Part shown: positions 46,845 through 54,597 of the stretch, in pieces
How the letters are laid out: the number at the start of each line of letters is the position of its first letter
How positions within the stretch are numbered: position 1 is the stretch's first letter
IMG/VR virus record: IMGVR_UViG_3300049489_000540
Reading direction: 5' to 3' (one strand)
DNA from: a virus
Lineage: Duplodnaviria > Heunggongvirae > Uroviricota > Caudoviricetes
DNA length: 64,000 nucleotides
Made by a program: the position numbers and the translations under genes
The notes under the pieces: generated by a model
The model's input: the letters and a program-made list of their open reading frames with translations, nothing else
What the model was told of the DNA's origin: nothing
The model's database searches: none

Positions 46845-47749
46845 ATCTGCTCACCTTCGACTTCGCGGACATAGGGAATGAGGTCGGGATGCCGCTTACG
46901 CCACCCATACACCAGCGCATGGAAACTCTGTATTTTATCTTCCTTACCAAACGACCTGGCAATATCTGAAATGGATTCACCATTGCGCATGCGCCGACCA
47001 ATATTCTCTGGTGTATATCCTTCGGGGCGAACCCAGCCATATGGCTGACGCTTCGGCATATCAATGCCACGCTTCCGTAAACGGTTCACATGTTGTATGG
47101 CACTACCGATAGAACATTTCATTGCCAGAGCGATTTCTTCGTAGGTCTTGCCTTCATGCCACAGTGCGATCAATCGCTTCTCACGACTAATGGTGCTGAT
47201 TCCTCTGGTCGCCATGCGATACCGAATACGATCAAATTTTACACCCAATGTTTCACGCATGAGAGTTGATTTGTTTGGATCATCGTCCACACACAAATAC
47301 TCCAATCGACGCTTCAATTCTTCCACGCCGATATGCAGCCGCGCACAGACTTCCTTCACAGCAGCTTCACCTTTCTCTCGCTGCCGCTCGACGAACAGAT
47401 CCTTCACATTCATGTCGAATATGCCGCGCAATTCACCAGCCAAGTATCGTGTCAGACCAGCAGGAGCAGGATCTTTCACATGCTCTCGCAATTGATCCTC
47501 AGTCATACCCAGCATCTTGCAGCATCCTTGGACTCGCTTTTCGTTTTGAAATTCCCGCTTGTCCATGAGCCTGGCTGTCTCGTCGGACAGAAAACCATAT
47601 GCTCGTTGTAATGCATGAAAGGTAGCACAGTCGATACCTAGCCGCTGGTTGCACTTGGTCTGTAACAGTCGGATGACAGCAGATGTGTCGGCTGCTCCCG
47701 TATGAGCAGCAATCTTCCGCATCCATGTATCTTTTTTGTCTTTGTTCAT
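46841..47749 (-). CDS. DNA-binding regulator with sigma-70 region-4/LuxR-type HTH (paralog of 26229..26891), first gene of the family-2 minus-array operon
   Basis: 302 aa; HTH LIALWHEGKTYEEIALAMKCSIGSAIQHVNRLRKRG; ~50% GC; stop overlaps the ATG of 46536..46844. Confidence 0.65.
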   Translation of the reverse strand: MNKDKKDTWMRKIAAHTGAADTSAVIRLLQTKCNQRLGIDCATFHALQRAYGFLSDETARLMDKREFQNEKRVQGCCKMLGMTEDQLREHVKDPAPAGLTRYLAGELRGIFDMNVKDLFVERQREKGEAAVKEVCARLHIGVEELKRRLEYLCVDDDPNKSTLMRETLGVKFDRIRYRMATRGISTISREKRLIALWHEGKTYEEIALAMKCSIGSAIQHVNRLRKRGIDMPKRQPYGWVRPEGYTPENIGRRMRNGESISDIARSFGKEDKIQSFHALVYGWRKRHPDLIPYVREVEGEQI

Positions 47750-47770
47750 GTGGGTATTTCTTGCTTATTA

Positions 47771-48010
47771 CTACTGAATGACTGATAGAATCTCGTTCCA
47801 CTGATTATCGGGAATTCGTAGTTGCTTTCCAGCGTGTCGTTCAATTTCTTTAACCAGTGATCGCAACAAGGACACATCGCTGTAACCTGGACCAATATCA
47901 GGATTTGCGTCATCATCGCTTTTCTTATATTTGAGAGCGACTTTGAGCATTGCTAATTCCGTAGGAGTTAGTGCATCATCGTCTTCAACTTCTCCTGCCG
48001 ACATAATCAT
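47771..48010 (-). CDS. small acidic protein
   Basis: 79-aa ORF. Confidence 0.4.
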   Translation of the reverse strand: MIMSAGEVEDDDALTPTELAMLKVALKYKKSDDDANPDIGPGYSDVSLLRSLVKEIERHAGKQLRIPDNQWNEILSVIQ

Positions 48011-48116
48011 GCTCCTTGAGCCACCACTCTACAGACCCCATGCTATTTTTCAAGTGCGTATTTTCGCTTGCTTTTTTAAAGACTTCTCTAACATATAGGG
48101 CTGAAGGGGCACTATC

Positions 48117-48356
48117 ATGGCTACCAATAAGCATGAGCGGAATTACCTGAGATTTGTCGAAGCTCAACAGAACGAGGTCATCAATGAACGGAACCGATTC
48201 CAGACCCAGCTAACGCTGTCGATTTACGATCTGGAAACCATCATCTGCCTTCTGCCGCCCGGCAGACTCAGTGCCAAACTCCAAGGTGCGCTCAAGCATG
48301 CTGAACAACAGTTCAAAATACGAGATGTCGATTTCGGTGATTTGAAAGAGGACTGA
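48117..48356 (+). CDS. hypothetical small protein
   Basis: 79 aa; stop overlaps the next gene's ATG at 48356. Confidence 0.45.
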   Translation: MATNKHERNYLRFVEAQQNEVINERNRFQTQLTLSIYDLETIICLLPPGRLSAKLQGALKHAEQQFKIRDVDFGDLKED

Positions 48357-48640
48357 TGAAGTCCTATACGCAGCAGCTTGAGGAACATATTGAGCAGCTA
48401 CAACAGTCGCTTGCCAAGACGCAAGCACATTCGTTACAGTGGTATAAGGTTTCACCACGACTATACGAATTCCGTGTAGGTGCATATGCCATTGGTAAAG
48501 TCGAAAAATACAATGATCATTGGGTAGCTATGATCATTGCAAAAGGATTCAATAACGGATCGGGTGGATTCTGCGTACATCAGACGCCGGAAGCCGCCAA
48601 GATGGATGTAGAGGAAACCATATTCAGTACCATACCATGA
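48356..48640 (+). CDS. family-1 protein
   Basis: N-term MKSYTQQLEEHIEQLQQSLAKTQAHSLQWYKV. Confidence 0.65.
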   Translation: MKSYTQQLEEHIEQLQQSLAKTQAHSLQWYKVSPRLYEFRVGAYAIGKVEKYNDHWVAMIIAKGFNNGSGGFCVHQTPEAAKMDVEETIFSTIP

Positions 48641-49149
48641 GCGAATACACCACAAAACTAGAGAACCATATCGAGCAACTGGAAGAGCAGCTTGCCGATG
48701 CTGAACGGAAACTTGCCAAGTTTCCATCCATCAATAAACGAGATATCAATCCCGAGTATATGACCAGCCCCATGTATCCATTCTTGCAAAAGCTGCATGC
48801 GCTGCCAGGAATCATGGTTGATTGGGTACATCCACATGCACCTATTATTGAAAGTTTTGCAATTAAAATAGGTTTTACAGCAATACCATGTTATGACAAT
48901 ATTGGTCTATGGATCTTTCTGCGTGCCATAAACCAGAGATATTGGAATTATGCTGATGATTGGATGTTAGAATCAGCCATAGATGATGTCAGTATCCGCA
49001 CGCGGTTCGTGTTCCTTTCGAAAAAACCATATAAAGAAGCCAAATCCGAATTAGATAATCTTGGACGGCAAATAGATTTCATAGTCAATCATCCGAATTT
49101 ATCTCAAGATTTTGGCATCACCAAAGAACGATTACATGAACCCGTATGA
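48637..49149 (+). CDS. family-1 protein
   Basis: N-term MSEYTTKLENHIEQLEEQLADAERKLAKF; ATGA overlap. Confidence 0.65.
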   Translation: MSEYTTKLENHIEQLEEQLADAERKLAKFPSINKRDINPEYMTSPMYPFLQKLHALPGIMVDWVHPHAPIIESFAIKIGFTAIPCYDNIGLWIFLRAINQRYWNYADDWMLESAIDDVSIRTRFVFLSKKPYKEAKSELDNLGRQIDFIVNHPNLSQDFGITKERLHEPV

Positions 49150-49472
49150 GCAGCTACACACAACAACTAGAAGAACACATCGAGCAGCTACAAGAGAAAC
49201 TTACCCGTGCTGAAACATTACTGCATGCATCTGTTGTCTTAACATGGTATCGACTGCCTAAAAATGAAAACCGATGGGATTTGATGATCATAGGAATTCC
49301 AAATACGCATATTGCGACAATATTACGATTTCAAGATTATTATCAATTATCATGGGCAGGAACAAACCCAATATATATTCCATCGAATTATCCGTCGCTT
49401 AAACAAGCACAAGACGAAGCACGGGAAATTCTCAAGGTACGCGCCGAGTCATACATTAAAATCGCATTGTGA
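49146..49472 (+). CDS. family-1 protein
   Basis: N-term MSSYTQQLEEHIEQLQEKLTRAETLLHAS; ATGA overlap. Confidence 0.65.
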   Translation: MSSYTQQLEEHIEQLQEKLTRAETLLHASVVLTWYRLPKNENRWDLMIIGIPNTHIATILRFQDYYQLSWAGTNPIYIPSNYPSLKQAQDEAREILKVRAESYIKIAL

Positions 49473-49480
49473 TTGTGGCT

Positions 49481-49762
49481 TTACTGCTTATGATCAATAG
49501 ACCATTCAGCTAACAAAGCCATGACCGCATCATGACACCGATGTATGTCCATTTTCGTTACATACCAGTCAAGTTTCCTATTCTGTAGACCATAGAACAA
49601 TTCAATCCAATCCAGACCGCCCCGCTGCGCCAGTTGTTCAAGCGTCTGCCCATGGTTCGATTCAATGCGTGCCCGCGCTGGCTCAACAAATGCCCACGGA
49701 ACCGCCCGCAGCCAGATGTTCTTGTTATATCGCCACGGCGTGAGTATGGGAAACGAACGCAT
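49481..49762 (-). CDS. hypothetical protein
   Basis: 93-aa ORF. Confidence 0.45.
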   Translation of the reverse strand: MRSFPILTPWRYNKNIWLRAVPWAFVEPARARIESNHGQTLEQLAQRGGLDWIELFYGLQNRKLDWYVTKMDIHRCHDAVMALLAEWSIDHKQ

Positions 49763-49763
49763 G

Positions 49764-50222
49764 CTATTTTCGATGTGCTATTTGATCAGCAACTTCGCCA
49801 GTAGCATTTTTGAGAGCCTCGATCTTGATTCCCAGCTTGGTGGATATCTCTTGTAAGTATGCACTCATGCTCACGACCGTTTCACGACCGTCCACCGTAT
49901 AGATCATAACCATATTGGCAGTTGCATACATAGGAAACTCTTGGCTCGCAATTACCCGCAATGCAGCGATTCCCAACATGTCCACACACGGATCATCACG
50001 AACCAATATCACACCACGGATCTTCGCATTCCCCGTAGACTTATGGATGAAACCTAAACAGAGAACCCGCATATCGGAACCATCAGGAGAACCATGCATA
50101 CCATCAATGGAATAGAATTTATGCCTATATGCAGGATCAGCAATCTCTTGGCTCACATGCGAATGCAAGCGAGCGTCCATAACAGCCGTGTACTCGGTGA
50201 GCGGAATGTTGGTGTAGAGCAT
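49764..50222 (-). CDS. hypothetical protein
   Basis: 152-aa ORF, 1-nt gap to previous. Confidence 0.5.
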   Translation of the reverse strand: MLYTNIPLTEYTAVMDARLHSHVSQEIADPAYRHKFYSIDGMHGSPDGSDMRVLCLGFIHKSTGNAKIRGVILVRDDPCVDMLGIAALRVIASQEFPMYATANMVMIYTVDGRETVVSMSAYLQEISTKLGIKIEALKNATGEVADQIAHRK

Positions 50223-50225
50223 GGT

Positions 50226-50501
50226 TCAAACGACCTTGACCGTATAGGTTTTCTGGACTTGAACCTTAACGGGTTTCAGAGCATGGTAACGACAATAGAC
50301 GCATTGCTTGATCCAATCCCTGACTGATTGACGGGTATCCCATATGGCTGCACTTTGAATACGATCCGTGAATTGCAGTCCAGTATATCCATGGTCAGTT
50401 GTAAGCTGCTCATAGAACTTACCACAGTCACTACGGATAGCCCACATGTAGTCCGTTTCGACCGTCGAGTAGACCCAGGCATTGTTCACGGTGCGTTTCA
50501 T
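50226..50501 (-). CDS. hypothetical protein
   Basis: 91-aa ORF. Confidence 0.45.
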   Translation of the reverse strand: MKRTVNNAWVYSTVETDYMWAIRSDCGKFYEQLTTDHGYTGLQFTDRIQSAAIWDTRQSVRDWIKQCVYCRYHALKPVKVQVQKTYTVKVV

Positions 50502-50554
50502 AGGGCACTCCTTGTGCCACTATACTAGCAGCCGTTTTTCAAAACGCAAGAGGC

Positions 50555-50830
50555 TTATTTTTCAGTAACTATTTTATAAGCTGCTTCAAGCTGCGAATCC
50601 GTGAACAATTCATTACTAACATACCCACTGACGCAAGCCCAAACAATGGTCCCAATAATATCCCATACTCTACCTCCAATATTCCTTCGAATATTCGCAC
50701 CAACCAGATCGACAATATCGTTCTCGACACGATACATAACACAATTATACGCCATATCACCGCACTGGTTCCGCACATCACAACCAACATTAAGAACATT
50801 TACAAACACATCCGTTCGTAATTGCTTCAT
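50555..50830 (-). CDS. family-2 mini-protein
   Basis: ends FTDSQLEAAYKIVTEK. Confidence 0.6.
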   Translation of the reverse strand: MKQLRTDVFVNVLNVGCDVRNQCGDMAYNCVMYRVENDIVDLVGANIRRNIGGRVWDIIGTIVWACVSGYVSNELFTDSQLEAAYKIVTEK

Positions 50831-51102
50831 AGCTGCTCCAGTGACTCATAAGCTGCTTCAAGCTGTGAATCCGTATGTGTGTTAGCTTTGATATTATTCC
50901 AAACATGAACATAGACCCTATCCTTGACACTACGTTTGATATTGGTCAACGTATGATCCCGCATATGAGTCAAAGCATAATTCCAAACAGCAGCCTTGGA
51001 ATTACTTTTGACGGCATTCCAGCCGCTGTCCCCGACATATTTCCTGACTAATAAATGAATAGGCGCACTACAAATCATGTCTTCAATAAAGTCACTACTC
51101 AT
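50827..51102 (-). CDS. family-2 mini-protein
   Basis: ends HTDSQLEAAYESLEQL; ATGA overlap. Confidence 0.65.
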   Translation of the reverse strand: MSSDFIEDMICSAPIHLLVRKYVGDSGWNAVKSNSKAAVWNYALTHMRDHTLTNIKRSVKDRVYVHVWNNIKANTHTDSQLEAAYESLEQL

Positions 51103-51401
51103 AGCCGCTCCAATGCCATATATGCTGCTTCAAGCTGCGACTTGGTTACTCTCGCTTCCATATCTTCCACACCAATGTCCCAAATATCATCCCTGATAGC
51201 ATCAATACGCTCGGTAGCATTCCAGACGTTCTCCACAACGAGATTCCAAACAATATTCGTAACATTCTTACCAATATGACTATGGAACGTATTCTTGACT
51301 TTGCGTATAACGCCATCCTCAACGTGATCCCATATACGATCATTGACTCTATCAAGAGTACGCATGCCGTTATACATTACTGTCATCTTTAAAAAGAGCA
51401 A
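51099..51401 (-). CDS. family-2 mini-protein
   Basis: ends TKSQLEAAYMALERL; ATGA overlap. Confidence 0.65.
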   Translation of the reverse strand: MLFLKMTVMYNGMRTLDRVNDRIWDHVEDGVIRKVKNTFHSHIGKNVTNIVWNLVVENVWNATERIDAIRDDIWDIGVEDMEARVTKSQLEAAYMALERL

Positions 51402-51404
51402 GTG

Positions 51405-51671
51405 CTATTTTCGAGGGGCTTTTCTGGCTTGCTCGTAGAGCTTATGGGTTATTTTGCCGCACTCAGACTTCAGTTCACAGTCATTGCAGCCTTGGATGTA
51501 AGCCATTTCGCCACCTTGGGGCTGCGTGCCATAGCAGTCAGGACAGGTATCAATGGTATAGTGCCGTTCGATGGGCTTGAAGTTCTTGACCGCTTGCTTG
51601 GCAAGTTTCTTCCAGCGTTTACAATGGGCAAGGATTGTGTCTGCCATGGTCGGGTTCTCCTTCCATGTCAT
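51405..51671 (-). CDS. small zinc-ribbon protein
   Basis: 88 aa; CPDCYG...CNDCELKSEC. Confidence 0.45.
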   Translation of the reverse strand: MTWKENPTMADTILAHCKRWKKLAKQAVKNFKPIERHYTIDTCPDCYGTQPQGGEMAYIQGCNDCELKSECGKITHKLYEQARKAPRK

Positions 51672-51701
51672 ACTAGCAACGACTTACTGAAAGTCAATGG
51701 T

Positions 51702-53006
51702 CTATTTTAGAGGGTCTATTAAGACCCTCTTTAGCTCTTGTTTTATTTCTTCCCATGTTTGTTTATAGGTAAAATAGAGAAGCTGATATCCATTGTCAGC
51801 AGCCCATGCTTTCTTAATAGCATCATGTCGTTGCCGTTCTTCAAAATTCAATTGAGCATCTTCAGTGGATGAACCAAACACTGGTCTAAAATGCTGCTCA
51901 CCTTGATACTCAATAAGCAACTTGCGCTGATCAATATAAAAATCAAATGGTAACGGTCGAATGTTTCTACATTCTTCAAACTTCTTCTGGTGTACATATG
52001 TAATTTTATGCCTATCTAAAAACTCAAATATGTTCTGCTCTCCTAATGATGACGCACATCGAGGACAACCATATCCTTGTAAAATACTAGTTGGACAAGT
52101 CACCCATTCATGCCCATCAATTAAACACTTCCATGCTATTTTTATTCCAGAATTAACAACATTACCAAGCCGCCGAATGTGCATATCAGCAATTCTCTCA
52201 TCTACACGCTCATTCGTTAGTGGAAGATTACCAGCACACTTCGGACATCCACTTTTATACGATACACTACTTGGAGTAGCCATCCACTCATGCCCATCCA
52301 CTAAACATCTAAATAAAATTCTACTACCAGAATTTATAATGTTACCAAGCCGCTGAATCTGCTTATCCTTAAGCCGCTCGTCCATAATCTCGTTCGTTAT
52401 TGGAAGTTTACCAGCACACTTCGGACATCCTTTACCTTTCGATATATCATTTGGTCGAGCCATCCACTCAAGACCATCAATCGTACATTTCCATAATACG
52501 CATGTTTCTGTATCAACAACCTCACCAAGACGCACGATAGGTCGATTCTTAATCCTCTTGTCCATAATCTCATTTGTTAGCCGCCGTGCTTGTGAGGCTT
52601 GCTTACGCATTAACTTACCACATTTCGGACATCCCTTACCCATCGATATATCATTTGGACTTGCCATCCATTCATGTCCATCAATCGTACACTTCCATAG
52701 TACCTTTGTTTTGCTTGTCGTAACATCACCAAGCCGCTGAATTGGTCTATCCTTAAGCCGCTCATCCATGATTTCGTTCGTTACATGAGCCGTACCAGCA
52801 CACTTCGGACAACCATGACCTTTTGAAACTTCGGATGGTGTAGTCATCCATTCATAACCATCAATTAAACATTTAAATAAAGTCTTTGCCTTACCATGAG
52901 TAACATCACCAAGCCGCTGAATAGGTCTACCTTTAAGTCGTGTATCGATTATCTCATTGGTTAGCTTCCTCATCCATGTATTATAGGAAACCGTCCTAGG
53001 TTTCAA
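51702..53006 (-). CDS. putative endonuclease: five tandem ~55-aa zinc-ribbon repeats plus C-terminal restriction-endonuclease-like (PD-(D/E)xK-type) domain
   Basis: 434 aa; repeat unit TNEIMDERLKDRPIQRLG...W(K/R)C.IDGHEW...GCPKCAG x5; C-term PFDFYIDQRKLLIEYQGEQHF; homing-endonuclease-like architecture inferred. Confidence 0.55.
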   Translation of the reverse strand: MKPRTVSYNTWMRKLTNEIIDTRLKGRPIQRLGDVTHGKAKTLFKCLIDGYEWMTTPSEVSKGHGCPKCAGTAHVTNEIMDERLKDRPIQRLGDVTTSKTKVLWKCTIDGHEWMASPNDISMGKGCPKCGKLMRKQASQARRLTNEIMDKRIKNRPIVRLGEVVDTETCVLWKCTIDGLEWMARPNDISKGKGCPKCAGKLPITNEIMDERLKDKQIQRLGNIINSGSRILFRCLVDGHEWMATPSSVSYKSGCPKCAGNLPLTNERVDERIADMHIRRLGNVVNSGIKIAWKCLIDGHEWVTCPTSILQGYGCPRCASSLGEQNIFEFLDRHKITYVHQKKFEECRNIRPLPFDFYIDQRKLLIEYQGEQHFRPVFGSSTEDAQLNFEERQRHDAIKKAWAADNGYQLLYFTYKQTWEEIKQELKRVLIDPLK

Positions 53007-53041
53007 TACACCAGCTTATTTTTTAATGGCTATTCTTTCAG

Positions 53042-53165
53042 CTATCAAACCGTCTATTTTTTAGAGTCTATTTTGTAGCTGCTTATTTTGTAGCCTTCTA
53101 TTTTGATACATCTATTTTCGCTCGTCTATTTTGAGCCTTCTATTTTCAGCTTACTATTTTTAGAG
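53042..53165. repeat. array of ~9 direct 12-14-nt repeats TCTATTTT(G/T)(A/T)GCC (iteron-like)
   Basis: gtctatttttt agagtctattttgtagc tgcttattttgtagcc ttctattttgataca tctattttcgctcg tctattttgagcc ttctattttcagc ttactattttt; non-coding, at the AT-rich/GC-rich boundary. Confidence 0.7.
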
Positions 53166-53299
53166 AACTATATCTAGTACCCTTCCAAACACTATTCTAT
53201 ATATGGTATGTTCTTATTTATAAAAGATCCCGTGGTTTTTATAAGAGTGCAACTGCCAGCTACTTACAACTACTTGCAACTACCATTATCCCATACCAG

Positions 53300-54040
53300 G
53301 CAATAGACGAAAGAGAGAGGCACTAGAAAGGGCTTGTTCAGTTCCATAGGAAGGCTCATAGATAAAAGAAATAGAACATGCCTCTGGTCGAGTCAGAGAG
53401 GTTACTTCATAGGTCGCTGGATAGGCTGCTGATAGGCTGCTGGTGAAGCTGCTTGTCAAGTTGCTGGATAGGCTGCTGGATAAGCCGCTGGCATAGCTAC
53501 GAACCAAGCTGCTTCTTTCTCGTAAGTATACCTCAAGCAGCTTATACGCCCCTTCCGAGTAACTGAAAAATCCGCCAGGAAATCGGACCAGCAGCTTTAT
53601 AGGGGTCCAAAAGAACCCCTTATGAGCCGCTTGAAGTGATTTCGAGTCCTTGAAAAATCGGAAGGACTTGTCAAGCGGCTTTTCCAGTGTATGACACAGC
53701 CGCTTGGACCAGCAACGTGTAGTGTACCTGGCGGGCGGAACTTTGCAAGCGACTTCCCTGCCGCTCGAAAGCTGCTGTGTGACACACTCGCCCAGGTCCA
53801 TGACACAGCGGACACGCCGGTCCAGGCTGCTCTTGAGAGCAGACTAAGCCACTTACCATGCTCTTGCGAGCAGCTATGCAGTCCCCGTATAGCCGCTTGC
53901 TAGTCCCTCCAAGGACTTACAGGAAATAACACAATACCTGCTATCGGACAAATCGACTGTCAAGCCGCTCGGAAGGGAATGGAAAACTGCTCGGAAGCTG
54001 CTGGCAGAGTGACACACCGGATACGCCCGCCTGGACCTGG
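53300..54040. repeat. non-coding GC-rich zone dense in AAGC(N)GCTT / TCAAGCGGC motifs in both orientations (iteron-like; relics of the family-2 junction repeat)
   Basis: e.g. caagcagcttatacg 53531, gagccgcttgaag 53622, tgtcaagcggctt 53668, cagccgcttgg 53697, tagccgcttgc 53887, tgtcaagccgct 53957; the track ORFs here translate to low-complexity junk. Confidence 0.55.
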
Positions 54041-54050
54041 AATCTCGATG

Positions 54051-54077
54051 TTGACTTTCTACAAAGCATGGTAGGAT
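54051..54077 (+). promoter_or_regulatory. promoter TTGACTT-N15-TAGGAT (early-module consensus)
   Basis: gttgactttctacaaagcatggtaggat; SD aaggag precedes the ATG at 54096. Confidence 0.55.
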
Positions 54078-54095
54078 GATGGGTACAAGGAGCCA

Positions 54096-54545
54096 ATGAC
54101 CATGGGCTACTGCATCGAGATGGATGTCAACGACCTCATCATTCCGCAGAAGCACATGGCAAAGGCTCTCAGTGACATCAATGCGCTGCACAAGGACCAG
54201 GCGACCATCATCAAGAACCATGGTGGCGGCATGTCCACTTGTGGCGGCAAGACCACTTACAGCTACTCCTGGGTCGATCAGCCGCCCGAAGGTGGTTTCA
54301 AGACGCTGGTGGAAGCGTTCGATGCGTGGCGATACGAAGCTCGCATCACCGAGAACGGTGATTGCCTGGTCGATGCGTTCCAAGGTGAGAAGCTGGGTGA
54401 TTGCCATGTGCTGTGGTCGGCAGTCGCCAAGTACGTCAATCCCAAGGCATGGATTCATGTCAAGGGTGAGGACGGTGACCAGTGGAAGTGGGAGTTCAAG
54501 AAGGGGAAGTTCAAGGAGTTCAAGGGCAAAGTTTCTTTCCGTTGA
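54096..54545 (+). CDS. hypothetical protein (GC-rich early-module gene)
   Basis: 149 aa MTMGYCIEMDVNDLIIPQKH... Confidence 0.55.
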   Translation: MTMGYCIEMDVNDLIIPQKHMAKALSDINALHKDQATIIKNHGGGMSTCGGKTTYSYSWVDQPPEGGFKTLVEAFDAWRYEARITENGDCLVDAFQGEKLGDCHVLWSAVAKYVNPKAWIHVKGEDGDQWKWEFKKGKFKEFKGKVSFR

Positions 54546-54569
54546 CTTTCATCCGAAGTCTGATAGAGT
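54542..54569 (+). promoter_or_regulatory. promoter TTGACTT-N16-TAGAGT
   Basis: gttgactttcatccgaagtctgatagagta; SD aaggaa before the ATG at 54598. Confidence 0.55.
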
Positions 54570-54597
54570 ACAAACACAACCAAGGAATCCTTTTCCC

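Noticed and set aside
49764-50222. JAB/MPN (RadC-like) metalloprotease assignment for the 152-aa protein
   Set aside because: GMHGSPDGSD superficially resembles the HxHx7Sx2D JAMM motif, but the second His is missing. It is left as hypothetical.
53286-53859. Track ORFs 53286..53801, 53597..53815 and 53671..53859 inside the motif-rich zone
   Set aside because: They overlap one another in three frames, and their translations are low-complexity Ser/Leu/Ala strings generated by the AAGCNGCTT repeats. The zone is treated as non-coding.
54124-54597. N-terminal 158 codons of track ORF 54124..55092
   Set aside because: This is an Arg/Ser-rich alternative frame overlapping the better gene 54096..54545. 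A consensus promoter and a Shine-Dalgarno precede the ATG at 54598, which is taken as the true start.
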